A program made the position numbers and the translations under genes. 61,411 nucleotides of DNA from an uncultured bacterium. GTDB lineage: Bacteria; Hinthialibacterota; Hinthialibacteria; Hinthialibacterales; Hinthialibacteraceae. Below the pieces are notes generated by a model, which was not told where the DNA came from, searched no databases, and saw nothing but the letters and a program-made list of their open reading frames with translations. The stretch spans positions 1 through 61,411 of the forward strand of contig CAZSIZ010000001.1 in the NCBI GenBank assembly GCA_964606645.1, read 5' to 3'. Positions 19,342 through 29,044 of the stretch are shown here, piece after piece (the first letter of the stretch is position 1; the number at the start of each line of letters is the position of its first letter).

Positions 19342-19446
19342 CGGTGAATTCTAAATGAAATGAGTTAAGATTCTCATTTCATCTAGGTAATCTCAGATAA
19401 AAAAAAGTTAGGCATAATCTTATCCTTCCCAAAGGAGTATTGTAAT

Positions 19447-19833
19447 ATGGTTATGGAAGAAAATGTCCGCTCACTTAGAACGTATTTTATCATTGTTGCC
19501 TTGTTTGCTGGTTTGCAGAATACAGCTCTTTTAGTTCAGTCACAGAGAAACATCATTATTGTTATTATTGGCCTCCTCGGACTGGGGCTTGCTATTGCCT
19601 ATTTGTATATAGGTATTGCATTTCGTAAATTGCTCGTTAGATCACCAAAGATTATCACTAGGGTAATACTCGTAAGCATGGGTTTCCTGGCTGTGGATTT
19701 TCTGATAAGCCAGCTGGGGGGTCTTCAGGCTGCTATGGTCGCCCAATTAATCACCGGACTTTTGATAGCTTGGTATCTTTTGATAAATGTTAAGCGTCTA
19801 TCTTCAGAAGAACAGAGTAAGCATATTACCTAA
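19447..19833 (+). CDS. small 4-TM membrane protein of unknown function (islet cargo)
   Basis: 128 codons with an AAAGGAG RBS 5-11 nt upstream. Four hydrophobic helices. AT-rich codon usage unlike the neighbouring genes. Confidence 0.6.
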   Translation: MVMEENVRSLRTYFIIVALFAGLQNTALLVQSQRNIIIVIIGLLGLGLAIAYLYIGIAFRKLLVRSPKIITRVILVSMGFLAVDFLISQLGGLQAAMVAQLITGLLIAWYLLINVKRLSSEEQSKHIT

Positions 19834-19925
19834 CTTCTCGCTGCAACCGACGCTGCTGATACAGCACGGTTGAACTTGAAGTGTTATCTGATCATGAGTT
19901 ATTTATTTGGATGAATCGATAATCG

Positions 19926-21047
19926 TCATTTTAGGTTATCAGGATTGAGGCATTCCAGTTCGGGGATTACGAAAAGGCCATCTTTACGGATCAACTTACC
20001 GTCGAAGTAAACTTCTCCCCCGCCGAATTCAGGCCGTTGAATCAACACCAAATCCCAATGCAAAGCCGATTTATTCCCGTTCGGCGCTTCGTTGTAACAG
20101 CTGCCAAGCGCCAGATGCAGCGAACCGGCGATCTTCTCATCGAACAGTGTGTCTTTCATGGGGTGCAGGATATAGGGATTGTATCCGAACGAAAATTCAC
20201 CGATAAACGACGCCCCCTTATCCGACGTCAGCACGGCCCGCAGGCGTTCGGTATTTACCCCGGCATCCATCTCGACCGCTTTGCCATTCTTGAAAGTCAA
20301 ATAGATCGAATCGTACAGAATGCCTTCGTGGACCGAGGGCGCGTTGAAGCGGATCGTTCCGTTGACGGAATTTTTAACCGGGGCCGTAAAACATTCACCA
20401 TCGGGAATATTATTCGCACCCGAACATTGAACCGCCGGGATATCTTTTATAGAAAATGTCAGGTCCGTATCGGGAGCCACGAGGCGCACGCGATCCGTGT
20501 GATTCATCAATTCGACCAGGGGTTGGGCCGCTTCGCTCATTTTAGCGTAATCCAGGCAGCAGACGTCGAAGTAGAACTCGCGAAACGATTCGGTCGAACA
20601 CTGTGCCAGCTGAGACATCGCGGGATTGGGGTATCGCATGATGCACCAGTTCGTATGCTTGACCCGCTGATTGATATGAACCGGCCCCGTAATATATTTG
20701 TCGTACAAATCCAACTGACTTTTGGGAACATCCGCCAACTCGAAGATGTTGTCGCTGCCGCGAATACCGATAAACGCCTGCGCCTGCTTCATCTCCATTA
20801 ACAGAAATTTACCCAAACCCTTGAACGTTTCCTCGGTCCCTTCCCGAAGCAGCTGCCGGGTCGCCCGGTCGTCTTCGTAGTGCAGGTAGGGAACGCCCCC
20901 GGCGCGGATCGTTTCGGTATGAATCGCCTCAGCCAAGTCGCGAGTCTCGAATCCCTTGGCGAAGATAATGACCAGATCGCCCGGTTTGACGTGGGTTGAA
21001 TGGTGAACGATCGTATGAGCCAGTTTCGACACACGGTTTTCAGACAT
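19926..21047 (-). CDS. M29-family aminopeptidase (aminopeptidase T/PepS/AmpS-like)
   Basis: ORF 19926..21131 trimmed to ATG 21047 (GAAGGA RBS, MSENRVSKLAHTIV...). Motifs NIPDGECFTAP and SLHLALG are typical of M29. Confidence 0.85.
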   Translation of the reverse strand: MSENRVSKLAHTIVHHSTHVKPGDLVIIFAKGFETRDLAEAIHTETIRAGGVPYLHYEDDRATRQLLREGTEETFKGLGKFLLMEMKQAQAFIGIRGSDNIFELADVPKSQLDLYDKYITGPVHINQRVKHTNWCIMRYPNPAMSQLAQCSTESFREFYFDVCCLDYAKMSEAAQPLVELMNHTDRVRLVAPDTDLTFSIKDIPAVQCSGANNIPDGECFTAPVKNSVNGTIRFNAPSVHEGILYDSIYLTFKNGKAVEMDAGVNTERLRAVLTSDKGASFIGEFSFGYNPYILHPMKDTLFDEKIAGSLHLALGSCYNEAPNGNKSALHWDLVLIQRPEFGGGEVYFDGKLIRKDGLFVIPELECLNPDNLK

Positions 21048-21191
21048 AGGTTTGATTCCTTCATCGAAAGTAATAAGCATAAAAGTATGACGGCTCAGGA
21101 GTTTCGTGACAAGTGCGTGACAGCCAATCATCGCCCGTACCGCCCGCAGGAATCAACTCCGCGCCCATTTTGTGTTAAAATGGAAATCATT

Positions 21192-21641
21192 ATGACCGAT
21201 AACACGAAACGTATCCAGGAAATGTTGAACGCTTTCTCCCAGAAAGGGCCGTCTCCGGGGGGAATTACGGCGCTCGTTCAAATGCTGGGCCAGCTCGACC
21301 GTCAGACCGAACGGCAAATCCTGACCACTCTGGAACGGCAGAATCCGGAACTGGCCAGAAATATCCGAGACAAGTATTTTACGTTCGACGATATCGTCAA
21401 CATGGAAGACAAGGTGCTGAAGCGCGCCCTGGAGGAGGTCCATCGAACGACGCTGGCCCTCGCCTTGAAGGGAACCACCGATACGCTCATGGGAAAAGTC
21501 TTCAAGAACGTTTCGGACCGAGCCGTCAGGCGCATCAAGGAAGAGATGGACATGATGGGCCCAAAGCCGCGTTCACTGGTCGATGAAGCCCAGCGCGAAG
21601 TCACCAAAGTCTTAGTCAACTGGAGAAACGTCATCCTATAA
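21192..21641 (+). CDS. stand-alone FliG C-terminal-domain-like protein
   Basis: ORF 21000..21641 trimmed to ATG 21192; ATG 21180 is also possible. The segment FTFDDIVNMEDKVLKRALEEVHRTTLALALKGTTDTLMGKVFKNVSDRAVRRIKEEMDMMGPKPRSLVDEAQREV closely resembles the FliG C-terminal domain. Confidence 0.7.
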   Translation: MTDNTKRIQEMLNAFSQKGPSPGGITALVQMLGQLDRQTERQILTTLERQNPELARNIRDKYFTFDDIVNMEDKVLKRALEEVHRTTLALALKGTTDTLMGKVFKNVSDRAVRRIKEEMDMMGPKPRSLVDEAQREVTKVLVNWRNVIL

Positions 21642-21725
21642 TCGTTAGAGGAATGGTGGGTCGATAAAGCGCGACCCACCCTACATTCCTTAAAACTGAT
21701 AACTGCTTTTTCAGGAGAAAACATT

Positions 21726-22793
21726 GTGGAAACGGTTCTAAAACACATCGCCAAACAAGCCAGCCTGGAACGGGTCTTATTCACACCGGCGATGAAGAAG
21801 ATTTATTTCAGCATGGCCATCGGTTCGGGCGGCCTCACTCAGTTCAAACATGCGGAAAGCATCCGCAAAGGCCTTTCGTACTGCGCCGACAAAGCGGACG
21901 ACAAAAAACGGGCGCTTCTCTTCTGCGCGTTATCCGAATTGGTCGAAGGAATCGGCCCGATGGTGAAATACGCGGGGGATATGCTTCCGATGGTGGTTTT
22001 GGCCAACCGTGCCGGGATTCCGGAATCGCAGCAGGACCGGGGTTCGTTCCTCCAATTCGGTTCGACCGGCTGGATTCAGTTCCACACCCATACGCTTCAG
22101 GAGACCTACGACCACTTGGCCCTGGCCTATCACTTATTCGAAGAGCACAAAATCAAACTGCCGGTGCTCGTCCTGTTTTCCGGCTTGCATCACGAATGCC
22201 TGGGAACCTACGACCTGCACAAAGATTTAACGATGGGCAACCCGCTGACTGGTCTGCAGAGCGAGCGCGCCGGGAGAGAGAAAGGCGGATTCGAAGCCGC
22301 GATTCTTTCATTGAAGAAGAAGGAGCAGGTCAAACCGTCCATGCAAAGTTGCTACGATAAACTGTCGGAAGCAATGCGGTCATGTTACAAGGATATCGGT
22401 TACACGCTCCCGGACGAGGGCATGCCGTATCATGGAACGGTGTGCGATGGCGACACGGCGATTGTCTCCATGATCCCGCCGCATTCCGGCGATCGTTCGG
22501 ACATCATCCGCCCTTACTGTTACCGCCCGTTTTCCCTTCAGGGATTGGTGTCTCAGCTCGCCCAGAAGAAAGCGATCGCCATCGTGGAGCCGAAAGCGGT
22601 TCCCGGTGCACTTCCTGTCTTCCTGGGTGAGTTCCGCGCCGCCCTGGGATCACAATTCACCGGAACCCTGCTCTCCTTCATCCTCCCCTCGACCCAAACG
22701 ACGCTCAACGACGCCCAAATCCAAAAAATCGATTCCACCCTAACCCAAGCCGCCTCCGATCCCCAAAACACCCCCCACTGGAACCAACTTTAA
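21726..22793 (+). CDS. hypothetical protein, possibly a divergent 2-oxoacid:ferredoxin oxidoreductase alpha-subunit-like fold
   Basis: GTG start at 21726. Weak resemblance to the PFOR alpha Pyr-domain pattern (HTLQETYDHLALAYHLFEEHKIKLPVLVLFSGLHHE). No partner subunits nearby. Confidence 0.4.
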   Translation: METVLKHIAKQASLERVLFTPAMKKIYFSMAIGSGGLTQFKHAESIRKGLSYCADKADDKKRALLFCALSELVEGIGPMVKYAGDMLPMVVLANRAGIPESQQDRGSFLQFGSTGWIQFHTHTLQETYDHLALAYHLFEEHKIKLPVLVLFSGLHHECLGTYDLHKDLTMGNPLTGLQSERAGREKGGFEAAILSLKKKEQVKPSMQSCYDKLSEAMRSCYKDIGYTLPDEGMPYHGTVCDGDTAIVSMIPPHSGDRSDIIRPYCYRPFSLQGLVSQLAQKKAIAIVEPKAVPGALPVFLGEFRAALGSQFTGTLLSFILPSTQTTLNDAQIQKIDSTLTQAASDPQNTPHWNQL

Positions 22794-22937
22794 TCAGTAA
22801 CGTTTCACTTAATTCGTTTTTTTCTGAGGTATGCATAAGGGGAGATATCTTGAGATGAAAAAAATTTGAAATCGTGATAGTATATAATTAAAATTCTTTA
22901 TACTATATTCTCAATATACCGATGAGCGAGATGGGTC

Positions 22938-24050
22938 ATGATTAGAACAACACTTGTTATCACCTTTTTGCTTATATCATTTTTTTCTCAAGCGCAAAAC
23001 GAAGAGATCGTCTTGCCCATTTTCAAGTCTGATTTGACTCTCACACAAGATTTCGATCCAATATACCCTTGGATTCATCAAGGATTATTTATTCAAACGT
23101 ATCTTCATGAATCTTATCCTAACAAAATTCGTTTGACTCATTTTCGTTTATCAACCGGAGCGGATATTGATAAGAATTTTCTTGTTGGATCACATAGAAT
23201 TGTCGATTATGATGAATCGATTAATTCCTTTCAAGAAATTGAAGCAAACCAATATTGGCAAATGCCATCGGGTATCATCCCAGAAAGAGAAGACATTGAA
23301 ATAATACCGAATCCCATACCAGAAGATGAGGCAACAAGAAGAAATAAGAAGTGGAAAAGTAGTTACCTTCTTTCGATTGCGGATAACACATTCTTCCTAG
23401 AAGGAGAATTTCTAACCCAGTATGTATGGCTTGGCGAAACAACAACTTCTCATTACATCCGTGAACTTTATATTTCTCCAAATTTCCAATTTTTAACCGG
23501 ATTTCTTTATAAATCTATAACGAATCCTACAATAGAAGGTCCTCATATAGAATTGTCACGACAACCTTTAATATGGAATGCGATTACAGGAAAAAAGTAT
23601 TTCCCAAATGAAAACACATCTTCTCCATTATTTGAAGAAAAAAGGACATTTTTTGAACCTCGTGATCTTGAAATTCGTTTCTCACCAGATAGCCGCTTCT
23701 GTAAATACCGTTTGATCGTAGGTAAATTCCAGCATCATCCCGAAAACTACTGGTTCTTTCCTAAAGCCGCGCTTGTCGATCTGAAGTACATGCGATCGCT
23801 GGAGGCCGATAAGGATGTTGCGTTTTCACCCGATGGAACACGGTTTGTCACCGTTAGAAACGAGATTCCGACTCTTGTCGATTCTGAAACCGACCAAAAT
23901 CTGGCTCATTTCGCCATATCATCCCCAATGGTCTCAGCCACCTTTTCATCAGACGGAGAGCATCTCTACATCGCTACGGAGGAAAATATAATCGAGCGTT
24001 TCACCGCTTCATTTTCAACAGTGTATGTCTCGCATTGGGAATTACATTAG
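22938..24050 (+). CDS. exported hypothetical protein in a low-GC island
   Basis: Signal MIRTTLVITFLLISFFSQA/QN. C-terminal FSPDGTRFVTV and FSSDGEHLYIAT beta-propeller-like blades. The gene and its flanks are clearly AT-rich. Confidence 0.6.
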   Translation: MIRTTLVITFLLISFFSQAQNEEIVLPIFKSDLTLTQDFDPIYPWIHQGLFIQTYLHESYPNKIRLTHFRLSTGADIDKNFLVGSHRIVDYDESINSFQEIEANQYWQMPSGIIPEREDIEIIPNPIPEDEATRRNKKWKSSYLLSIADNTFFLEGEFLTQYVWLGETTTSHYIRELYISPNFQFLTGFLYKSITNPTIEGPHIELSRQPLIWNAITGKKYFPNENTSSPLFEEKRTFFEPRDLEIRFSPDSRFCKYRLIVGKFQHHPENYWFFPKAALVDLKYMRSLEADKDVAFSPDGTRFVTVRNEIPTLVDSETDQNLAHFAISSPMVSATFSSDGEHLYIATEENIIERFTASFSTVYVSHWELH

Positions 24051-24177
24051 GATTGTTACAAATCCCTTATAGAGATTCAGAACTTCTCAACCATAGATAA
24101 ATACCGCCTTAAAATAAAACGCCGAATGTGTTACGATCCCCATAACACGACAGATTCATCGAACAAGGAGACTCGCA

Positions 24178-26055
24178 ATGATCCGGCGGATAATAATCCT
24201 TCTCTTCCTAATTACGTTTATAGTAACCGATTCTAGCACGCTGTCAGCAGCCGAACCGGCGGGGAAAGTCGAACTTTCAGACATCGGCGTCCCGGTCCGA
24301 TCGGTCAACTGGGTGCGGCTTCATGTGGGGGAAAATCGGGAGGGGCGGGCTTGTCTCTATGCCACGATGGGGCAGAATGCCGACAATCTCTTCGTGCTTC
24401 AGATCGATCCAGCCACCGGCCGTTATCGAATGTTCGTCTCGCCTGTCCCGAAGTCGAATTACCCGACCGCCACCCTGATGAGCCGCGATGGAAAGTTATA
24501 TGTCGGCGCGGCGTATGCAGGCCATCTCCTCTGCTTCGATCCGGCGAAAGACACGTTTGAAGACCTCGGAGCGATCGCCCCCAAAGCGGCCACGTTCCCC
24601 TGTCGAATGGATGAGGATGCGAAAGGCCGAATCTGGATCGGCAGTTATGGAACCGCCGACCTGACCTGCTACGATCCCAAAACCGGCGAGTTCACTCGTT
24701 ACGGCAGGATGGACGATGTGGATATGTACAACTACCCTCTGGTCAACACGGACGGAATGGTGGCGAATCTGATTCGAATGACCCAACCCCACGTCGTCGT
24801 GCTCGATCCCGTCACCCGCGAGAAAAAAGCCGTCGGTCCCATAACGACAAAAGGCGAAGGTACGCTCGACCTGCGCCGCAGCCGTGACGGAAAGCTCTAT
24901 ATCGATTCGAGCGAAGGCCGTTATCGCATCGACGGAATGAAAGCCGTCCCGGTCGAGACGATCCCCGATCCGAAGCCGTCCCCCACCCTTCCCGACGGAA
25001 GCACGTTCGCCTTTTCCGACGCCGCAGACCAGATTTACCGCACGCTCGACATTCGTAAACCGGACGGAACCGTTCAAACCCATACCCTGGACTACGAAGC
25101 GAGCGGCAGTGATATTTTCTGCCTTCATTCCGGTCCCGACGGCTCTGTATACGGTTCCAGTTATCTGCCGCTTCACCTGTTTCGTTATAATCCGGCTAAC
25201 GGCGAGTTGGCCGACCTCGGCAAGTGTTCCGCCGCGTCGGGTGAAGCCTATTCAATGGCGAATCTCGACGGAAAGATGTATATCTCCTCGTATCCCGCCG
25301 CTCAAATCTCGATCTACGATCCCTCGCAACCCTATCATTACGGCAAGCAGCCAACCGACAATCCACGCGACATCGGAAGGATCGACGACATTTCTTACCG
25401 TCCCCGTTCGACGCTGGCGGGGCCTATGAATCGAATCTGGGTGGCTTCGATTCCCGATTACGGACGGTGGGGCGGCCCCCTTTCGTACTACGATCCAGCC
25501 ACGGAAACGAAAAAAGCCTATTACCGGATATGGGGTGACGGAAGCTGCTACACGCTGGCCCATCTAAAAGATCAAAAATTGATCGCGGTTGGAACGAGCA
25601 TTTCCGGAGGAAGCGGTACCAAACCAAAAGTCACCCAAGCAGAACTATTCCTATGGGATTACAAATCTGAGAAGAAAGTCTGGAAAGGAACGCTGGACCG
25701 CCCGGTCTCATCATTCAACGCCCTGCTCACTGGGCCGGACGGTAAACTATACGGAACGGTCACGGGTGGAGGAATCTCGCCGGAACTTTTCGTATTCGAT
25801 CCCAAGACCCGCGCCTTCACGAACCGCATCGCACTCCCGGATTCCAGCCCATTGGATTTAGGTTTACAGAACGGCCCTGACGGTAAAATCTACGGATTCA
25901 CCCGTTCCTGCATCTACCGCTTCGATCCAATTACGCTGAAAGTAGAAGAAATCGTGAGGGAAAAGAACGGCTTCACCGTCCCCGGTCCCATCACCGGAAA
26001 CAAAATCTATTTCGCCCTCGACCACCGCCTCCGAGCCGCCACGATTTTCAAATAA
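24178..26055 (+). CDS. exported beta-propeller repeat protein
   Basis: Signal MIRRIIILLFLITFIVTDSSTLSA/AEP. Repeated blade-like motifs (LYVGAAYAGHLLCFDP, IWIGSYGTADLTCYDP, KLYGTVTGGG, KIYGFTRSCIYRFDP). Confidence 0.75.
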   Translation: MIRRIIILLFLITFIVTDSSTLSAAEPAGKVELSDIGVPVRSVNWVRLHVGENREGRACLYATMGQNADNLFVLQIDPATGRYRMFVSPVPKSNYPTATLMSRDGKLYVGAAYAGHLLCFDPAKDTFEDLGAIAPKAATFPCRMDEDAKGRIWIGSYGTADLTCYDPKTGEFTRYGRMDDVDMYNYPLVNTDGMVANLIRMTQPHVVVLDPVTREKKAVGPITTKGEGTLDLRRSRDGKLYIDSSEGRYRIDGMKAVPVETIPDPKPSPTLPDGSTFAFSDAADQIYRTLDIRKPDGTVQTHTLDYEASGSDIFCLHSGPDGSVYGSSYLPLHLFRYNPANGELADLGKCSAASGEAYSMANLDGKMYISSYPAAQISIYDPSQPYHYGKQPTDNPRDIGRIDDISYRPRSTLAGPMNRIWVASIPDYGRWGGPLSYYDPATETKKAYYRIWGDGSCYTLAHLKDQKLIAVGTSISGGSGTKPKVTQAELFLWDYKSEKKVWKGTLDRPVSSFNALLTGPDGKLYGTVTGGGISPELFVFDPKTRAFTNRIALPDSSPLDLGLQNGPDGKIYGFTRSCIYRFDPITLKVEEIVREKNGFTVPGPITGNKIYFALDHRLRAATIFK

Positions 26056-26093
26056 CGTCAAACGGAAGAAAGGTATTGTGGTACAATGCAATA

Positions 26094-27197
26094 TCAAAGT
26101 GAAATTTTCTTTGCGTGTTTTGCATAGCGGTCGATGGTATCCCGATTCACGTTTGGGCACTGCCAATGCTCGGTTGGAATTTCAATCATACCATCGCGTA
26201 CGGCGATAGGAGGATCGATAATATCCTCGACAAACCACCGGCCGCTCGCTTCGACATCGGTCGGATAAGAACAATTGGGCAACAGCGCCAGATACAAGGC
26301 ATGAACGGCTCCGATCCCCAGTTCGGGCATCGTTCCTATCCAGGTGGGGATATCGTTTTTAGCGCATAAGTCATTCATTTCGATGGCGTGTCGAATCCCT
26401 CCCAAACGCTGAATCTTCAAGTTCACGATCCGGCAAGCGTCCAGTTCGATTGCCTGTTTCACGGTTTCGATATCGACAGCGCTTTCATCCAGACAGATTG
26501 GAGTCGAAAGGTGGGATTGAAGCATGGCGTGCACTTCAAGATTATCTTTCGCCAAGGGCTGCTCGATCATCACCAGCCCCATCTCGTCGATCTGCTCAAA
26601 CAGAGGAAGATCGTCTTCACGATAAGCGGCGTTGGCATCGACCATAAGAGGAATCTCCCCAAACGCATCCCGCACGGCGCGAAGCGGTTCAATATCCCAC
26701 CCCGGTTCGATCTTAATTTTAAGCCGCTTGTAACCGTCCGCTAAATATTTCGCACACGCTTCAAGCAACCCGTCAATGCTAGGATAGATTCCAACCGCCA
26801 GTCCCGATTCGACCGGCCCGGGCGTGAGTCCGAAATGGTCGGGGAACGACGTGTCGAAGCGTTGCAGCATCAAATCCCAAAACGCCCCTTCCATTCCCGC
26901 CCATGCAAACGGATTGCCGCTCTCTTCAACTGTCCACTCAATTTTAGGCCGGGGCCAAAACAACTTTTTATCCAGCGCTTCGGGGATCACCGCATCCAGT
27001 AAAAACCCCCAAGTCGAATCCGGGGTATCGCCGGAATAAAAACCACCGCTCATCGGCGAGGCTTCACCGTAAGCCGTCAATCCATCCAGATCGACCTGAA
27101 CGATAATCGATTCCTTGCTGCGAACCTCCCCCGAACTGATCCGAAATGGTTCGGTCAACGGGATATCGATATGAATCAAAGTAATCTCGCTTGCCAT
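26094..27197 (-). CDS. enolase-superfamily enzyme (o-succinylbenzoate synthase / N-acylamino-acid racemase subgroup)
   Basis: KxK motif (RLKIKIE). Metal ligands in MVDANAAY, MIEQPL and CLDES. Second catalytic Lys in VNLKIQR. Confidence 0.8.
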   Translation of the reverse strand: MASEITLIHIDIPLTEPFRISSGEVRSKESIIVQVDLDGLTAYGEASPMSGGFYSGDTPDSTWGFLLDAVIPEALDKKLFWPRPKIEWTVEESGNPFAWAGMEGAFWDLMLQRFDTSFPDHFGLTPGPVESGLAVGIYPSIDGLLEACAKYLADGYKRLKIKIEPGWDIEPLRAVRDAFGEIPLMVDANAAYREDDLPLFEQIDEMGLVMIEQPLAKDNLEVHAMLQSHLSTPICLDESAVDIETVKQAIELDACRIVNLKIQRLGGIRHAIEMNDLCAKNDIPTWIGTMPELGIGAVHALYLALLPNCSYPTDVEASGRWFVEDIIDPPIAVRDGMIEIPTEHWQCPNVNRDTIDRYAKHAKKISL

Positions 27198-27334
27198 GAA
27201 TAACTCGCCTATCGCGCGGGATGATGAATTTGATTCCCGGCTCTCATTTGATTTTCAATTCGTTTTACTTTATTGTATCTTAATAGACGAACGTAGAAAA
27301 ATGAATCATTACCGATTCCAATGGAAATGACCGC

Positions 27335-29044
27335 ATGAACGCCTCACCCAACGCCTTGGTTTTTGCCGATTACGCCGTGATCGCCGGATTTTTCACGATC
27401 ATGCTGGCGATCGGATTCTATTATTCGCGGCGGATGCGTAACTTGCAGGATTATTTCAGCGGGGGGCGGCAAGTTCCCTGGTGGCTTTCGGGAACCTCGT
27501 TCTTCATGAGTTCATTCAGCGCCTTCACGTTCGTCTCGTATTCCGAACTGGCCTATAAATACGGCTGGGTATCGGTCACGCTCTATTGGGTAACCGTTCC
27601 CGCAACGCTCATCAGCGCCTATTTCTTCGCAATGCGATGGCGCCGGGCCGCCGTGACCAGCCCGCTCGAATACATCGAAGAGCGATACAGCCCGGCGCTT
27701 CGTCAATGTCTGGCCTGGCTTGGAATTCCCGTCAAGGTAATCGACGACGGCCTGAAATTATTCGCGATCGGCGCGCTGGTCTCCTCCGTTTTCGATTTCC
27801 GCATGGAGACCGCTATCCTGCTTTCCGGTGGGATCATGCTGGCCTACACCTTCCTGGGTGGACTCTGGGCGGTCCTGGTCACTGATTTCGTTCAATTCGT
27901 CGTGATGCTCGCCGCCGTGCTCGTTCTGATCCCGCTCGCTTTTTCCCAACTCGGCGGTCTGAATGTCTTTATCACTGAAGCGCCGGACGGTTTCTTTCAT
28001 CTCACGTCGGATCGATATAACTGGGTTTACCTGATCGCTTTCTTCGTTATCATTACGCTTAATTACAGTACCTCCTGGTCGCTGGTCCAGCGTTACTACT
28101 CCGCGCGAAATGAGCGTGAGGCGCGCAAGGCCGGGTATTTGGTCGCGGCGTTGAACGTGATTGGACCACCCCTCTTCTTCGCCCCGGCGATGGCGGCCCG
28201 CTTCTTCCTTCCCGACGTTGAGAATACCAAAGAGATCTACGCCCTACTCTGTCAAACGCTGCTTCCGGTGGGCATGGTGGGATTGCTGATCGCGGCCATG
28301 TTCTCGGCGACGATGTCGATGCTTTCCAGCGATTTCAACTCCGCCGCCGCCGTGCTCACGAATGATGTCTATAAACGCCTGATCTCGCCGAACGCTTCCA
28401 ACCGAACGCTGGTCTTCGCCGGGCGCGTCATCACGTTGATTATCGGCTTTCTTTCCCTCTGTATCGCATTCTGGCTCGTGGGCAAACAAGGTGAGGGCGA
28501 TCTATTCGAACTCATGGTTAAATTGTTCGGTGTCTTCCTGCCGCCCATCGCCATCCCCATGCTTCTCGGACTGCTAAGCCGAAACGTGAACAACGCCGGG
28601 GGCATGACCGGACTGCTTTCGGGAATCGCTGCCGGACTCTTCGCTTATGCACTGGGAAGCCGTGAAGAATTTTCATTCCTCCGCACCCCACAAATCATTA
28701 CGCTCATCACGGGAACCACAACGATAGTCGGTGTCGTGGCAGGCATGATTCTGCGACCGATGCCGAACGAACAGCGAAACCGGATTCAATCATTCTTCCA
28801 ACGCCTGGAAACAGACAGGCTGAACGGCGAACCGGACCCGGTTTCCGTTTCGGATACCGCTTCGCCAATTCCCGTGATCGCGCTATCCATCTTCGCGTTG
28901 GGCGTGCTGCTTTTCGGTGTAGTTTTATCGACCGTGCCAGAGGGAGAGCGTGGATTAAGTCTGGCGATGGGCTTGGTATTGGCGGCTATCGGGGGCATCG
29001 CTTGGGGAATAAGTCACTATCAATCGAAGGAGAAAAACCAATGA
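27335..29044 (+). CDS. sodium:solute symporter (SSS) family transporter
   Basis: About 13 TM helices. SSS-type N-terminus (YFSGGRQVPWWLSGTSFFMSSFSAFTF). Confidence 0.85.
   Translation: MNASPNALVFADYAVIAGFFTIMLAIGFYYSRRMRNLQDYFSGGRQVPWWLSGTSFFMSSFSAFTFVSYSELAYKYGWVSVTLYWVTVPATLISAYFFAMRWRRAAVTSPLEYIEERYSPALRQCLAWLGIPVKVIDDGLKLFAIGALVSSVFDFRMETAILLSGGIMLAYTFLGGLWAVLVTDFVQFVVMLAAVLVLIPLAFSQLGGLNVFITEAPDGFFHLTSDRYNWVYLIAFFVIITLNYSTSWSLVQRYYSARNEREARKAGYLVAALNVIGPPLFFAPAMAARFFLPDVENTKEIYALLCQTLLPVGMVGLLIAAMFSATMSMLSSDFNSAAAVLTNDVYKRLISPNASNRTLVFAGRVITLIIGFLSLCIAFWLVGKQGEGDLFELMVKLFGVFLPPIAIPMLLGLLSRNVNNAGGMTGLLSGIAAGLFAYALGSREEFSFLRTPQIITLITGTTTIVGVVAGMILRPMPNEQRNRIQSFFQRLETDRLNGEPDPVSVSDTASPIPVIALSIFALGVLLFGVVLSTVPEGERGLSLAMGLVLAAIGGIAWGISHYQSKEKNQ

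Larger units (their letters stand above)
19149..20016. mobile_element. putative integrase-less integrated islet (one 45-nt core, AT-rich body, element-borne gene terminus)
   Basis: Identical 45-nt cores at 19149-19193 and 20017-20061 bracket visibly AT-rich DNA that carries one ORF. The outer 91 nt of the two repeat copies differ at 14 positions. Confidence 0.4.
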
